Assembly: GCF_001808185.1 (NCBI RefSeq)
Contig: NZ_CP017668.1
Location: 1,933,648 to 1,957,647 of the forward strand
DNA: 24,000 nucleotides
Source of the DNA: Jeongeupia sp. USM3
Lineage (GTDB): Bacteria > Pseudomonadota > Gammaproteobacteria > Burkholderiales > Chitinibacteraceae
Direction: 5' to 3'
The position numbers and the translations under genes were made by a program. Shown piece after piece: positions 1 to 9,026 of this stretch. Position 1 is the stretch's first letter, and each line of letters starts with the position of its first letter. A model generated the notes under the pieces. That model was given only the letters and a program-made list of their open reading frames with translations. It did not search any database and had not been told where the DNA came from.

Positions 1-89
1 AACAGCAACAGCTCGTACCACCAGGCGAAGCAGCGTCGCCACCAGCCTGCCAGCGGCAAGGCATCGGTCTGCAGGGAAGAAAGGCTCAA
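1..89 (-). CDS. RDD-family-like membrane protein, N-terminal codons only (runs off left edge)
   Basis: The minus-strand frame reads ...LPLAGWWRRCFAWWYELLL with strongly G/C-biased third positions. It resembles the usual xAGxWRRxxAxxYDxLLL opening of RDD-domain proteins and lies directly downstream of the sigma/DUF3619/DUF3106 genes. Start is ambiguous (TTG at 89 or 59), there is no clear SD, and only ~30 codons are visible. Confidence 0.3.
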   Translation of the reverse strand, partial: MSLSSLQTDALPLAGWWRRCFAWWYELLL

Positions 90-91
90 GA

Positions 92-478
92 TCAGTGTCC
101 GCGTCGAAGGGAGGCTGGCGCCGAGGCCACGGCGCTGGCGGAACGGCGTGCCTGAACCAGCCGTTCACGCTCGGCCGGCGGCAGGCTTTGCCATTTGCGA
201 TAGTTGTCACGCGCCTTGGCGCGCTGTTCGGGGGTCAGTCTGGCCCATTCGCCCAGGCGGGCCCGCAGGCGCGCCTGCTGTTCGGGCGGCAGCGCCGGGT
301 ACTGCTCGGCCAGCTTGGCCAGCCGGTCGCGCCGATGAGCCGGCATGCTCGCCCATTCCTGGGCATACGGCACCAGCAGCGATTGCGACTGCGGCGGCAG
401 GCTCTGCCAGCTCGGTGCCGCCCAGGCTGGCAATGCCGTCAGAATCAGCAGCAGACTCAGCGCGATTTGGCGTGCCAT
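92..478 (-). CDS. DUF3106-like secreted protein (128 aa)
   Basis: This is the C-terminal 128 codons of the 253-aa track ORF, starting at ATG 478 (MARQIALSLLLILTALPAWA signal peptide). It has repeated W/PP/EQR motifs (LPPEQQARLRARL..., LTPEQRAKARDNYRKWQSLPPAERERL) typical of DUF3106 proteins encoded after ECF sigma/DUF3619 pairs. The upstream part of the long ORF overlaps the DUF3619 gene in another frame. Confidence 0.7.
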   Translation of the reverse strand: MARQIALSLLLILTALPAWAAPSWQSLPPQSQSLLVPYAQEWASMPAHRRDRLAKLAEQYPALPPEQQARLRARLGEWARLTPEQRAKARDNYRKWQSLPPAERERLVQARRSASAVASAPASLRRGH

Positions 479-822
479 GTATCGAAGTTTCCGTTGACGA
501 GCATGTCCAGCGGAATCTCGTCGGTCATCAGTTGTTTGTCGAACGCATATTCGGCTTCGCGCTGATGCCAGTACCAGCCCGAACCGGCCAGCAGCGCCGC
601 GCCCAGTGCGCCGGCAGCAATCACCGTCCGCGCATGGCCGTGTCCGGCCAGCCAGGCACCCGCCGACGTGATCCGGCCGCGCAGCGTACCGTGGCGGGCA
701 TGTGCCAGCGCATTCCGGCGGGCTTCGGCCAGGCGTTGCGCCGCTTTCGGCGACACCGGCGCATCGGCGAGCTGCCGGAGCAGCGATGCATCGCCACGCT
801 TGTTGGAAGGACTGACAGACAT
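457..822 (-). CDS. DUF3619-like membrane protein (putative anti-sigma partner)
   Basis: ORF 457..837. The preferred start is ATG 822 (MSVSPSNKR...), preceded by GGAGGG 8 nt upstream. It has one central hydrophobic helix (TVIAAGALGAALLAGSGWYW) and an N-terminal LLRQLADAPVSPKAAQRLAEARRNALAHAR segment like DUF3619. It sits immediately after the sigma stop codon (838..840). Confidence 0.65.
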   Translation of the reverse strand: MSVSPSNKRGDASLLRQLADAPVSPKAAQRLAEARRNALAHARHGTLRGRITSAGAWLAGHGHARTVIAAGALGAALLAGSGWYWHQREAEYAFDKQLMTDEIPLDMLVNGNFDTWHAKSR

Positions 823-837
823 GAGGGCACCCTCCAT

Positions 838-1524
838 TCAATCGGCCTGCCACTGCACGCCGTGCTGGCCCAGCCAGGCGGCGAGCGCGTGCGTCGCACG
901 CGAGCAGTGGGTCTTGACGCTGCCGTCCGAGCAGCCCATCACGGCGGCGGTCTCGGCCACGTCGAACTCTTCCCAGTAACGCAGCAGAAACGCTTCGCGT
1001 TGACGCGGCGGCAGCTTGGCGATCCCTTCCTCGATCAGCGCCATCACCCGCGCCTGATCGTGGATCGTTTCAGGGCTTGGCGAGGTCGGCTGATTCGGCA
1101 GCCAGTCGAGCGGATCGTTCGCGTCGGCATCCGCGTCGTCGGACTGGAAGCTCGACAGCAGCACCGTCCACCAGCTGCGGGTCTTCTGCCGCCGGTAATG
1201 GTCGCGGATCGCGTTCTGCAGGATGCGCTGGAACAGCAGCGGCAGTTCGGCCGGCGGCTTGCCGGCGTAGCGCTCGGTCAGCCGCAGCATCGCGTCCTGC
1301 ACCAGATCGAGCGCGACATCCTCGTTCTGCGTCGCGAACATCGCCTGCCTGAAGGCGCGTTTTTCGACCTCGGCCAGGAAGGTGGCGAGTTCAGCCTGCG
1401 TCGCCAGAGCCCTCTCCTCGATACCGGGTTGAAAATCAGCGGCGATGCTAGCAAAGCACAGTTGACGAGGCCAGAAAAACTTGCCAAGGCAAGATCGATC
1501 CGCTAACGTCACACGTTCACCCAA
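838..1524 (-). CDS. ECF-type RNA polymerase sigma-70 family factor
   Basis: Region 2 (EKRAFRQAMFATQNEDVALDLVQDAMLRLTERY; LFQRILQNAIRDHYRR) and region 4 (LPPRQREAFLLRYWEEFDVAETAAVMGCSDGSVKTHCSRATHAL) are recognisable. The 5' end is uncertain: the maximal ORF starts at TTG 1524, with GTG at 1512. Homologue-like length would fit the codon at 1407 (CTG) behind a GAGGAGAGG SD (see findings). Confidence 0.85.
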   Translation of the reverse strand: MGERVTLADRSCLGKFFWPRQLCFASIAADFQPGIEERALATQAELATFLAEVEKRAFRQAMFATQNEDVALDLVQDAMLRLTERYAGKPPAELPLLFQRILQNAIRDHYRRQKTRSWWTVLLSSFQSDDADADANDPLDWLPNQPTSPSPETIHDQARVMALIEEGIAKLPPRQREAFLLRYWEEFDVAETAAVMGCSDGSVKTHCSRATHALAAWLGQHGVQWQAD

Positions 1525-1831
1525 TCCAGATCAGCGTCGTTCGCCGAAGCGGCAATCGACGCACCGAATGGCACCGCCCGCGCAACACACCGCAGTCGTC
1601 CCCAACTCGGGCCACAAGCCCGATCGAAGGCGGCCCGCCCGGTAAAAGAACTCGGATTTGCGGCATGGCCGATTGTCGAGGACCACGGTACGACGCATAC
1701 CTGCGCCGTCCCAGAACCGCTTGCACGCCAGCAAGCGATTCACCCGGTCCGAAGACTAAGCGTGTCAGCAAGTTCAACCCTGGATGGCAGGAGCTATCTA
1801 AAACATTTCACTTCGTTGTGAGGGTGATCCC

Positions 1832-3598
1832 ATGGAAATCTCAGGCGCTGAGATCGTCACCCGCTGTCTGCAGGAAGAAGGCGTTGAATTCGTCTTCGGC
1901 TATCCGGGCGGCGCGGTTCTGGAAATCTACGACGCAATATTCAAGCAAGAACAATTCAAGCACGTGCTCGTCCGGCACGAGCAGGCCGCGGTGCACGCCG
2001 CCGACGCCTACTCGCGCTCGAGCGACAAGGTCGGCGTGGCGCTCGTCACTTCCGGCCCCGGTGCCACCAATGCCATCACCGGCATCGCCACCGCCTACAT
2101 GGACTCGATCCCGATGGTCGTGCTGTCCGGCCAGGTCGGCACGCCGGTGATCGGTTCGGACGCGTTCCAGGAAGTCGACATGGTCGGCTGTTCGCGCCCG
2201 ATCGTGAAACACAACTTCCTCGTGAAGGACGTGCGCGATCTCGCCGCCACCTTCAAGAAAGCGTTCTACATCGCCGCCACCGGTCGCCCGGGCCCGGTCG
2301 TCATCGACATTCCCAAGGACGTGACGCAGGCCAAGTGCGTGTTCGAGTACCCGAAGTCGGTGTCGATCCGCAGCTACAACCCGCCGACCAAGGGCCATCC
2401 GGGCCAGATCAAGAAGGCCGCCCAGTTGCTGAGCGAGGCCAAGCGCCCGTTCATCTACGTCGGCGGCGGCGCCGTTCAGGGCGGTGCCGGTGACCTCGTC
2501 ACCGAACTGGTCAAGCACCTGAACGTGCCGTGCACCAACACGCTGATGGGCCTCGGTGCGCTCGACGGTACCGATCCGAACTTCGTCGGCATGCTCGGCA
2601 TGCACGGCACCTACGAAGCCAACCTGGCAATGCAGTACTGCGACGTACTGATCGCGATCGGCGCACGCTTCGACGACCGCGTGATCTCGGTGCCGAGCCA
2701 GTTCCTGTCGAACCCGAAGAAGATCGTCCACATCGACGTCGACCCGAGCTCGATCGCCAAGCGCGTCAAGGTCGACGTGCCCATCGTCGGCGACGTCAAG
2801 CACGTGCTGACCGACCTGATCACGGTGCTGAAGGAAACCGGCCTCAAGCCGGGCGCCGACGCCCTCGCCGGCTGGTGGAAGCAAATCGACGAATGGCGCA
2901 AGCCGAACAGCCTGCTGTACACGCCGTCGACCGAGGTGATCAAGCCGCAGCACGTGATCGAAACGCTGTGGAACGTGACCAATGGCGAAGCCATCGTCAC
3001 CTCCGACGTCGGCCAGCACCAGATGTGGGCGGCGCAGTACTACAAGTTCCGCCGGCCCAAGCAGTGGATCAACTCTGGCGGCCTCGGCACCATGGGCTTC
3101 GGCCTGCCGGCCGCGATGGGCGCGCAGCTCGCCAACCCGGATGCGCAGGTCGCCTGCGTCACCGGCGAAGGCTCGATCCAGATGAACATCCAGGAGCTGT
3201 CGACCTGCAAGCAGTACCACACGCCGGTGAAGGTGCTGAGCCTGAACAACCGCTACCTCGGCATGGTCCGCCAGTGGCAGGAGTTCTTCTACGGCACGCG
3301 CTACTCCGAGTCGTACATGGACGCGCTGCCCGATTTCGTCAAGGTTGCCGAGGCCTACGGCCACGTCGGCTTCAAGGTCGAGAACCCGGCCGACGTCGAG
3401 CCGGTGCTGAAGGAAGCCTTCGGCCCGTCGCTGAAGGAACGGCTGGTGTTCATCGACTTCCGCACCGACCAGACCGAGAACGTGTTCCCGATGATCCAGA
3501 ACGGCAAGGGCCTGAACCAGATGGACCTGCCACCGCACATGCGCGGCATGCAGCAGGTGCCGTTCGACAACAACCGTGATTACGGCAATCTCGCCTAA
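1832..3598 (+). CDS. ilvI: acetolactate synthase (acetohydroxyacid synthase) large subunit
   Basis: 588 aa. N-terminus SGAEIVTRCLQEEGVEFVFGYPGGAVLEIYDA, a ThDP motif region (GGLGTMGFGLPAAMGAQLA...GEGSIQMNIQEL), and ilvH follows directly. Confidence 0.95.
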   Translation: MEISGAEIVTRCLQEEGVEFVFGYPGGAVLEIYDAIFKQEQFKHVLVRHEQAAVHAADAYSRSSDKVGVALVTSGPGATNAITGIATAYMDSIPMVVLSGQVGTPVIGSDAFQEVDMVGCSRPIVKHNFLVKDVRDLAATFKKAFYIAATGRPGPVVIDIPKDVTQAKCVFEYPKSVSIRSYNPPTKGHPGQIKKAAQLLSEAKRPFIYVGGGAVQGGAGDLVTELVKHLNVPCTNTLMGLGALDGTDPNFVGMLGMHGTYEANLAMQYCDVLIAIGARFDDRVISVPSQFLSNPKKIVHIDVDPSSIAKRVKVDVPIVGDVKHVLTDLITVLKETGLKPGADALAGWWKQIDEWRKPNSLLYTPSTEVIKPQHVIETLWNVTNGEAIVTSDVGQHQMWAAQYYKFRRPKQWINSGGLGTMGFGLPAAMGAQLANPDAQVACVTGEGSIQMNIQELSTCKQYHTPVKVLSLNNRYLGMVRQWQEFFYGTRYSESYMDALPDFVKVAEAYGHVGFKVENPADVEPVLKEAFGPSLKERLVFIDFRTDQTENVFPMIQNGKGLNQMDLPPHMRGMQQVPFDNNRDYGNLA

Positions 3599-3610
3599 GG
3601 AGGAACGAAC

Positions 3611-5193
<1,583 letters not shown>

Positions 5194-5218
5194 TCCGGAT
5201 TCGACGCATCACCCGAAA

Positions 5219-5245
5219 CGGCCAGCATTCGCTGGCCGGTTTTTT
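5219..5245 (+). terminator. rho-independent terminator after ilvC
   Basis: CGGCCAGC-ATTC-GCTGGCCG perfect 8-bp stem followed by GTTTTTT, 26 nt after the ilvC stop. Confidence 0.8.
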
Positions 5246-5262
5246 ATGTCCGGAGCCCCCGC

Positions 5263-5835
5263 ATGTATCCGCAGCTCGACACCCCGCGCCTGTCGCTCGG
5301 CGCGTTCAATCCCGAGGATGCGTCGCGGGTACAGTCGCTCGCCGGCATGTTCGAGGTCGCCGATACCACCGCCTCGATCCCGCATCCCTACCCGGACGGT
5401 GCCGCCGCAGCATGGATCGCCCAGCATCCGACGTTCTGGCGCGCCGGGCTTGCGCTGCCGCTGGCCATCCGCCGGCGCGACGACGGGCTGCTGCTCGGCG
5501 CCATCGGCTTGCAAAGCCTCGATAGCGTCCCCGAGCTCGGTTTCTGGCTGGGTCTGCCGTTCTGGGGTCGGGGCTATGCGACCGAGGCCGCACTCGCCCT
5601 GTGCGATTTCGCCTTCGCCAGTCTGCCGATCAACCAGCTCGTCGGGCGCCATCTGGAGCGCAATCCGGCGTCCGGCCGCGTGCAGCGGAAACTCGGCATG
5701 GACCGCGTCGGCGAATCCCATGCTGTCGTTTGCGGTCGGCATCATGAAGTGGTCATCCATTACCAGATCGAGCGAGCAACATGGCAAACGCTTCACCAAA
5801 CTGACGACAAGCCGACCATAACAGTTCGGCAATGA
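5263..5835 (+). CDS. GNAT family N-acetyltransferase (RimJ/RimL-like)
   Basis: 190 aa. It opens with the TPRLSLGAFNPEDA pattern typical of this subgroup and has an acetyl-CoA motif region GFWLGLPFWGRGYATEAALALCDFAF. GGAG SD at 5252..5255. Confidence 0.8.
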   Translation: MYPQLDTPRLSLGAFNPEDASRVQSLAGMFEVADTTASIPHPYPDGAAAAWIAQHPTFWRAGLALPLAIRRRDDGLLLGAIGLQSLDSVPELGFWLGLPFWGRGYATEAALALCDFAFASLPINQLVGRHLERNPASGRVQRKLGMDRVGESHAVVCGRHHEVVIHYQIERATWQTLHQTDDKPTITVRQ

Positions 5836-6046
5836 AACGGGCATAACACCCTCGGGAAATCACCAATGTCGGGGCTGCTGGCACGGGCATAGAGTCCGCC
5901 GATCCCTCCCCGGACCGTCCCGCTGCGCCCGCCTACCCGGCGGAGCATCGCCCCCCGGTCCAGCTGACCCTATCGGGTTTCTGCCAAGTGATCCCGTCCA
6001 CCGGGCCACGGCCCGCGGCCGTCGCCCTTGCAGAAGTCGCCCCGTC

Positions 6047-7444
6047 ATGAGTCTTTTCCGTACAAAAAACATCGATGCACTGATCGCATCCACCGCCGGC
6101 AGCACCGGCGGCCTCAAGCGCGTGCTCGGCCCGCTCGACCTCGTCCTGATGGGTATCGGCGCCATCATCGGCACCGGCATCTTCGTGCTCACCGGCACCG
6201 GAGCACTGACCGCCGGCCCGGCGCTGACCCTGTCCTTCGTCGTCGCGGCGATGGCCTGCGGCTTTGCCGCACTGTGCTACGCCGAATTCGCCTCGGCCAT
6301 CCCGGTCTCGGGCTCGGTCTACACCTATTCGTACGCCACGCTCGGCGAAATCGTCGCCTGGATGATCGGCTGGGACCTGATGCTCGAATACGGCCTGGCC
6401 GCATCGGCGGTCTCGGTCGGCTGGTCGGGCTACTTCCAGTCGCTGATCGGCGGTTTCGGCCTGCATCTGCCGACGCTGCTGACCGCCGCGCCGGGCGCAG
6501 TCCCGGGCGAAACCACGCTGTTCAACCTACCTGCCTTCGCCATCATGCTGGCGATCACCGCGCTGCTGTCGGTCGGCGTGCAGGGCTTTGCCAAGCTGAA
6601 CAACCTGATGGTGGCGATCAAGGTCGGCATCGTGCTGCTGTTCATCGTCGTCGGCGCCGGCTACGTCAAGCCGGCGAACTGGGCGCCGTTCATGCCGTTC
6701 GGCTTCTCCGGCGTGTTCAGCGCCGCGGCGCTGGTGTTCTTCGCCTTCATCGGCTTCGACGCGGTCACCTCGGCCGCCGAGGAGGTGAAGAATCCGAAAC
6801 GCGACCTGCCGATCGGCATCATCGGTTCGCTGGCCGTCTGCACCGTCCTGTACGTGATCGTTTCGGCAATCATGACCGGCATCGTGCCCTACCCGAAGTT
6901 CGCCGGCATCGACCACCCGGTATCGCTGGCGCTGCAGTACGCCGGGCAGAACTGGGTTGCCGGCTTCATCGACCTCGGCGCCATCCTCGGCATGACCACG
7001 GTGATTCTGGTGATGGCCTACGGCCAGAGCCGGGTGATCTTCGCCATGAGCCGCGACGGCCTGCTGCCGCCGGTACTGTCAAAGGTCCACCCGCGCTTTT
7101 CGACGCCGTTCGTCACCACCTGGGTCATCGGCATCGTGTTTTCGCTGTTCGCCGCGCTGGTACCGCTGAACGTGCTCGCCGAGCTGATCAATATCGGCAC
7201 GCTCGCGGCATTCTCGCTGATCTCGATCGCCGTGCTGGTACTGCGCAAGACCAAGCCGGACCTGCACCGCGCGTTCCGCTGCCCGGGCGTGCCGGTCGTA
7301 CCGCTGCTGGCGGTCGGCTTCTGCGTCTTCCTGATGCTGCATCTGCAATCCATCACCTGGATGGCGTTCGGCGTCTGGCTGAGCATCGGCTTTGTCGTGT
7401 ACTTCGCCTACGCCCGCCGGCGCTCGCTGCTGCACCCTCGCTAA
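6047..7444 (+). CDS. APC-superfamily amino acid permease
   Basis: 465 aa and polytopic. N-terminal signature LKRVLGPLDLVLMGIGAIIGTGIFVLTG, with about 12 hydrophobic segments. Confidence 0.88.
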   Translation: MSLFRTKNIDALIASTAGSTGGLKRVLGPLDLVLMGIGAIIGTGIFVLTGTGALTAGPALTLSFVVAAMACGFAALCYAEFASAIPVSGSVYTYSYATLGEIVAWMIGWDLMLEYGLAASAVSVGWSGYFQSLIGGFGLHLPTLLTAAPGAVPGETTLFNLPAFAIMLAITALLSVGVQGFAKLNNLMVAIKVGIVLLFIVVGAGYVKPANWAPFMPFGFSGVFSAAALVFFAFIGFDAVTSAAEEVKNPKRDLPIGIIGSLAVCTVLYVIVSAIMTGIVPYPKFAGIDHPVSLALQYAGQNWVAGFIDLGAILGMTTVILVMAYGQSRVIFAMSRDGLLPPVLSKVHPRFSTPFVTTWVIGIVFSLFAALVPLNVLAELINIGTLAAFSLISIAVLVLRKTKPDLHRAFRCPGVPVVPLLAVGFCVFLMLHLQSITWMAFGVWLSIGFVVYFAYARRRSLLHPR

Positions 7445-7463
7445 ACGCACATTGCCCCTCAAA

Positions 7464-7486
7464 AGCCGCTCACGAGCGGCTTTTTT
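7464..7486 (+). terminator. rho-independent terminator after permease
   Basis: AGCCGCT-CACG-AGCGGCT perfect 7-bp stem followed by TTTTT. The preceding A-run can extend the stem. Confidence 0.8.
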
Positions 7487-7662
7487 ACATCCACAGAAAG
7501 AATCAATGGTTTTTCTATTGGGAAAGTACTGCTATAGAGAAACGAAAGGGACCAGCCAATTTCATGCAATCAAATGCATCATCCAGCCACTGAGCGCAAC
7601 AAGCCCGGTGCTAACGGATGCAGACGTGTCCCGGTCAGTCGAAACCCCGCTCAGGAACGTAC

Positions 7663-8991
7663 ATGGACCCACGCATCTGCACCGTCCCGCTCACGGTCAT
7701 GGCACTCTCGTGCCAGTTCGCTTTTGCCACGACACCGCCCGCCAAGCCCAAGCCCAAGACGCAGATCGAACAGCTCAGGCAAGCCAACCAGCAGCAGGCC
7801 GCCAAGCTGGCCGCGCTCGAGGCGCAGATCCAGTCACTGCAGAAGACGGTCAGCGAGCTCAACAGCAAGTTCGCACTCGTCGCCGCGCCGGCTGCGGCGC
7901 AGGTCACCCGCAATGCGGCAGCGCCCACCGTCGTCGCCAGCAACCAGGCCCCGCAGGCTGCAGTCGCCCCGCCCCGCCCGTTGCTGCCGCCGCTGCCACC
8001 GGCTGCCGAGCCGGAAACCAAGACCTCCGGCGACGCGCCCAAGAGCGTCGAAGACATCTATCAGGCAGCCAGCGGCTTCTCGAGCAGCCGTTACTCGTTC
8101 GAAGCCGGGCTGACCTACTCGCACTACGATACCCGCGAGCTCAAGCTCAACGGCTTTCTGGCGCTCGACTCGATCTTCCTCGGCAATATCAATCTCGACC
8201 GCACCAAGCAGGACACCTACACGCTGGACCTGACCGGCCGCTATTCGCCGACACCGCGCTGGCAGTTCGAGATCAGCGCGCCGATCGTTGCCAGACATGC
8301 CAATTACTTCTCGGGCGGTGCCGGCGGCGCCAGCACATCGCTCTCGGAAGGCACGGTATCGCGTTCGCCCAAGCTCGGCGACGTCACCGTCGGCGTCGCC
8401 TACAAGCTGCTGCAGGAAACCACCGACATACCGGACACGACGGTCAGCGTGAACGTGCGCACACCGACCGGCAAGGAGCCCTACGGCATCAAGCTCCGGG
8501 AAGTCGACGACAGCCAGGGCAACCTGATGATCCCGACCGAGCTGCCGACCGGCAACGGCGCCTGGGGGGTCACGACCGGCCTCGCGCTGGTGAAAACGGT
8601 CGACCCGGCGGTGATCTTCGGCAATATCGGCTACACCTATTATTTCAAGAACAGCTACGACGACATCAGCTCCAATGCCGACACCATCCAGCCCGGCGAC
8701 GTCCAGCAAGGCAGCAGCCTGCAGTTCGGCGCGGGTACGGCTTTCGCGCTGAACGAAAAGCTCAGCCTCGGCCTGTCGTATTCGCAGCAGCTCGTCCGCA
8801 AGAGCCGGGTTCGCGGCGAGGGCGGGCCCTGGTCCGACGTCACCGGCAGCGACGCCAATGTCGCCACCTTCAACGTCGGCATGACCTACGCCGTCAGCAA
8901 GAACCTATCCATCATCCCCAACCTTGCGATAGGCCTTACCCCTGAAGCGGCGAACTACGCCATTTCTCTCAAGATGCCCTACAACTTCTGA
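7663..8991 (+). CDS. fapF: FapF-like outer-membrane amyloid secretion channel
   Basis: Preferred start is ATG 7663 (AGGA 7 nt upstream); the track ORF starts at 7618. Layout: signal peptide MDPRICTVPLTVMALSCQFAFA; heptad-like coiled coil TQIEQLRQANQQQAAKLAALEAQIQSLQKTVSELNSKF; an Ala/Pro-rich linker (~55 aa); then alternating-pattern beta-strands with LGDVTVGVAYKL, TPTG and LPTGNGAWG motifs and a C-terminal aromatic residue (MPYNF). Coiled coil + linker + barrel is the architecture reported for Pseudomonas FapF. Assignment is also supported by the neighbouring fap-like genes. Confidence 0.7.
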   Translation: MDPRICTVPLTVMALSCQFAFATTPPAKPKPKTQIEQLRQANQQQAAKLAALEAQIQSLQKTVSELNSKFALVAAPAAAQVTRNAAAPTVVASNQAPQAAVAPPRPLLPPLPPAAEPETKTSGDAPKSVEDIYQAASGFSSSRYSFEAGLTYSHYDTRELKLNGFLALDSIFLGNINLDRTKQDTYTLDLTGRYSPTPRWQFEISAPIVARHANYFSGGAGGASTSLSEGTVSRSPKLGDVTVGVAYKLLQETTDIPDTTVSVNVRTPTGKEPYGIKLREVDDSQGNLMIPTELPTGNGAWGVTTGLALVKTVDPAVIFGNIGYTYYFKNSYDDISSNADTIQPGDVQQGSSLQFGAGTAFALNEKLSLGLSYSQQLVRKSRVRGEGGPWSDVTGSDANVATFNVGMTYAVSKNLSIIPNLAIGLTPEAANYAISLKMPYNF

Positions 8992-9026
8992 GATCCGATA
9001 CGCCGGATCGAGGGCGGAGATAGAGC

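Noticed and set aside
92-853. 253-aa minus ORF and 452-aa plus ORF (148..1506) over the sigma operon
   Set aside because: Only the last 128 codons of the 253-aa ORF (DUF3106-like, from ATG 478) look real. The remainder overlaps the DUF3619-like gene out of frame. The plus-strand ORF is antisense to three recognisable genes and is Arg/Ala/Pro-rich.
1525-1831. Possible regulatory leader or small ORF in the 307-bp sigma/ilvI divergent region (for example the 5-codon ATG GCA GGA GCT ATC TAA at 1785, or TTCAAC-N16-TATCTA at 1773..1800)
   Set aside because: There is no branched-chain-codon-rich leader peptide and no convincing terminator/antiterminator structure. The promoter-like hexamers are weak. 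There is not enough evidence to annotate anything here.
5879-5893. TGGCACGGGCATAGA upstream of the permease gene
   Set aside because: The -24 half is perfect, but there is no GC at the -12 position (TAGA). This is likely a chance occurrence in GC-rich DNA.
5836-6046. Riboswitch in the GC-rich 211-nt region upstream of the amino-acid permease
   Set aside because: I could not recognise any conserved riboswitch core (lysine, glycine, etc.) by eye. This would need an Rfam scan.
7501-7535. Sigma-54-like element ATTGGGAAAGTACTGCTAT upstream of the fapF-like gene, preceded by AATCAATGG, a 9-mer that also occurs at the IHF-like site of the fapA-side promoter
   Set aside because: GG and GC are separated by 9 (or 8) nt rather than the invariant 10, so it should not function as a -24/-12 promoter. 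The downstream IHF match fails at the final R position. A shared AT-rich 9-mer between two AT-rich intergenic regions of this size is not clearly beyond chance. The resemblance is worth remembering if 5'-end mapping places a start near 7545.
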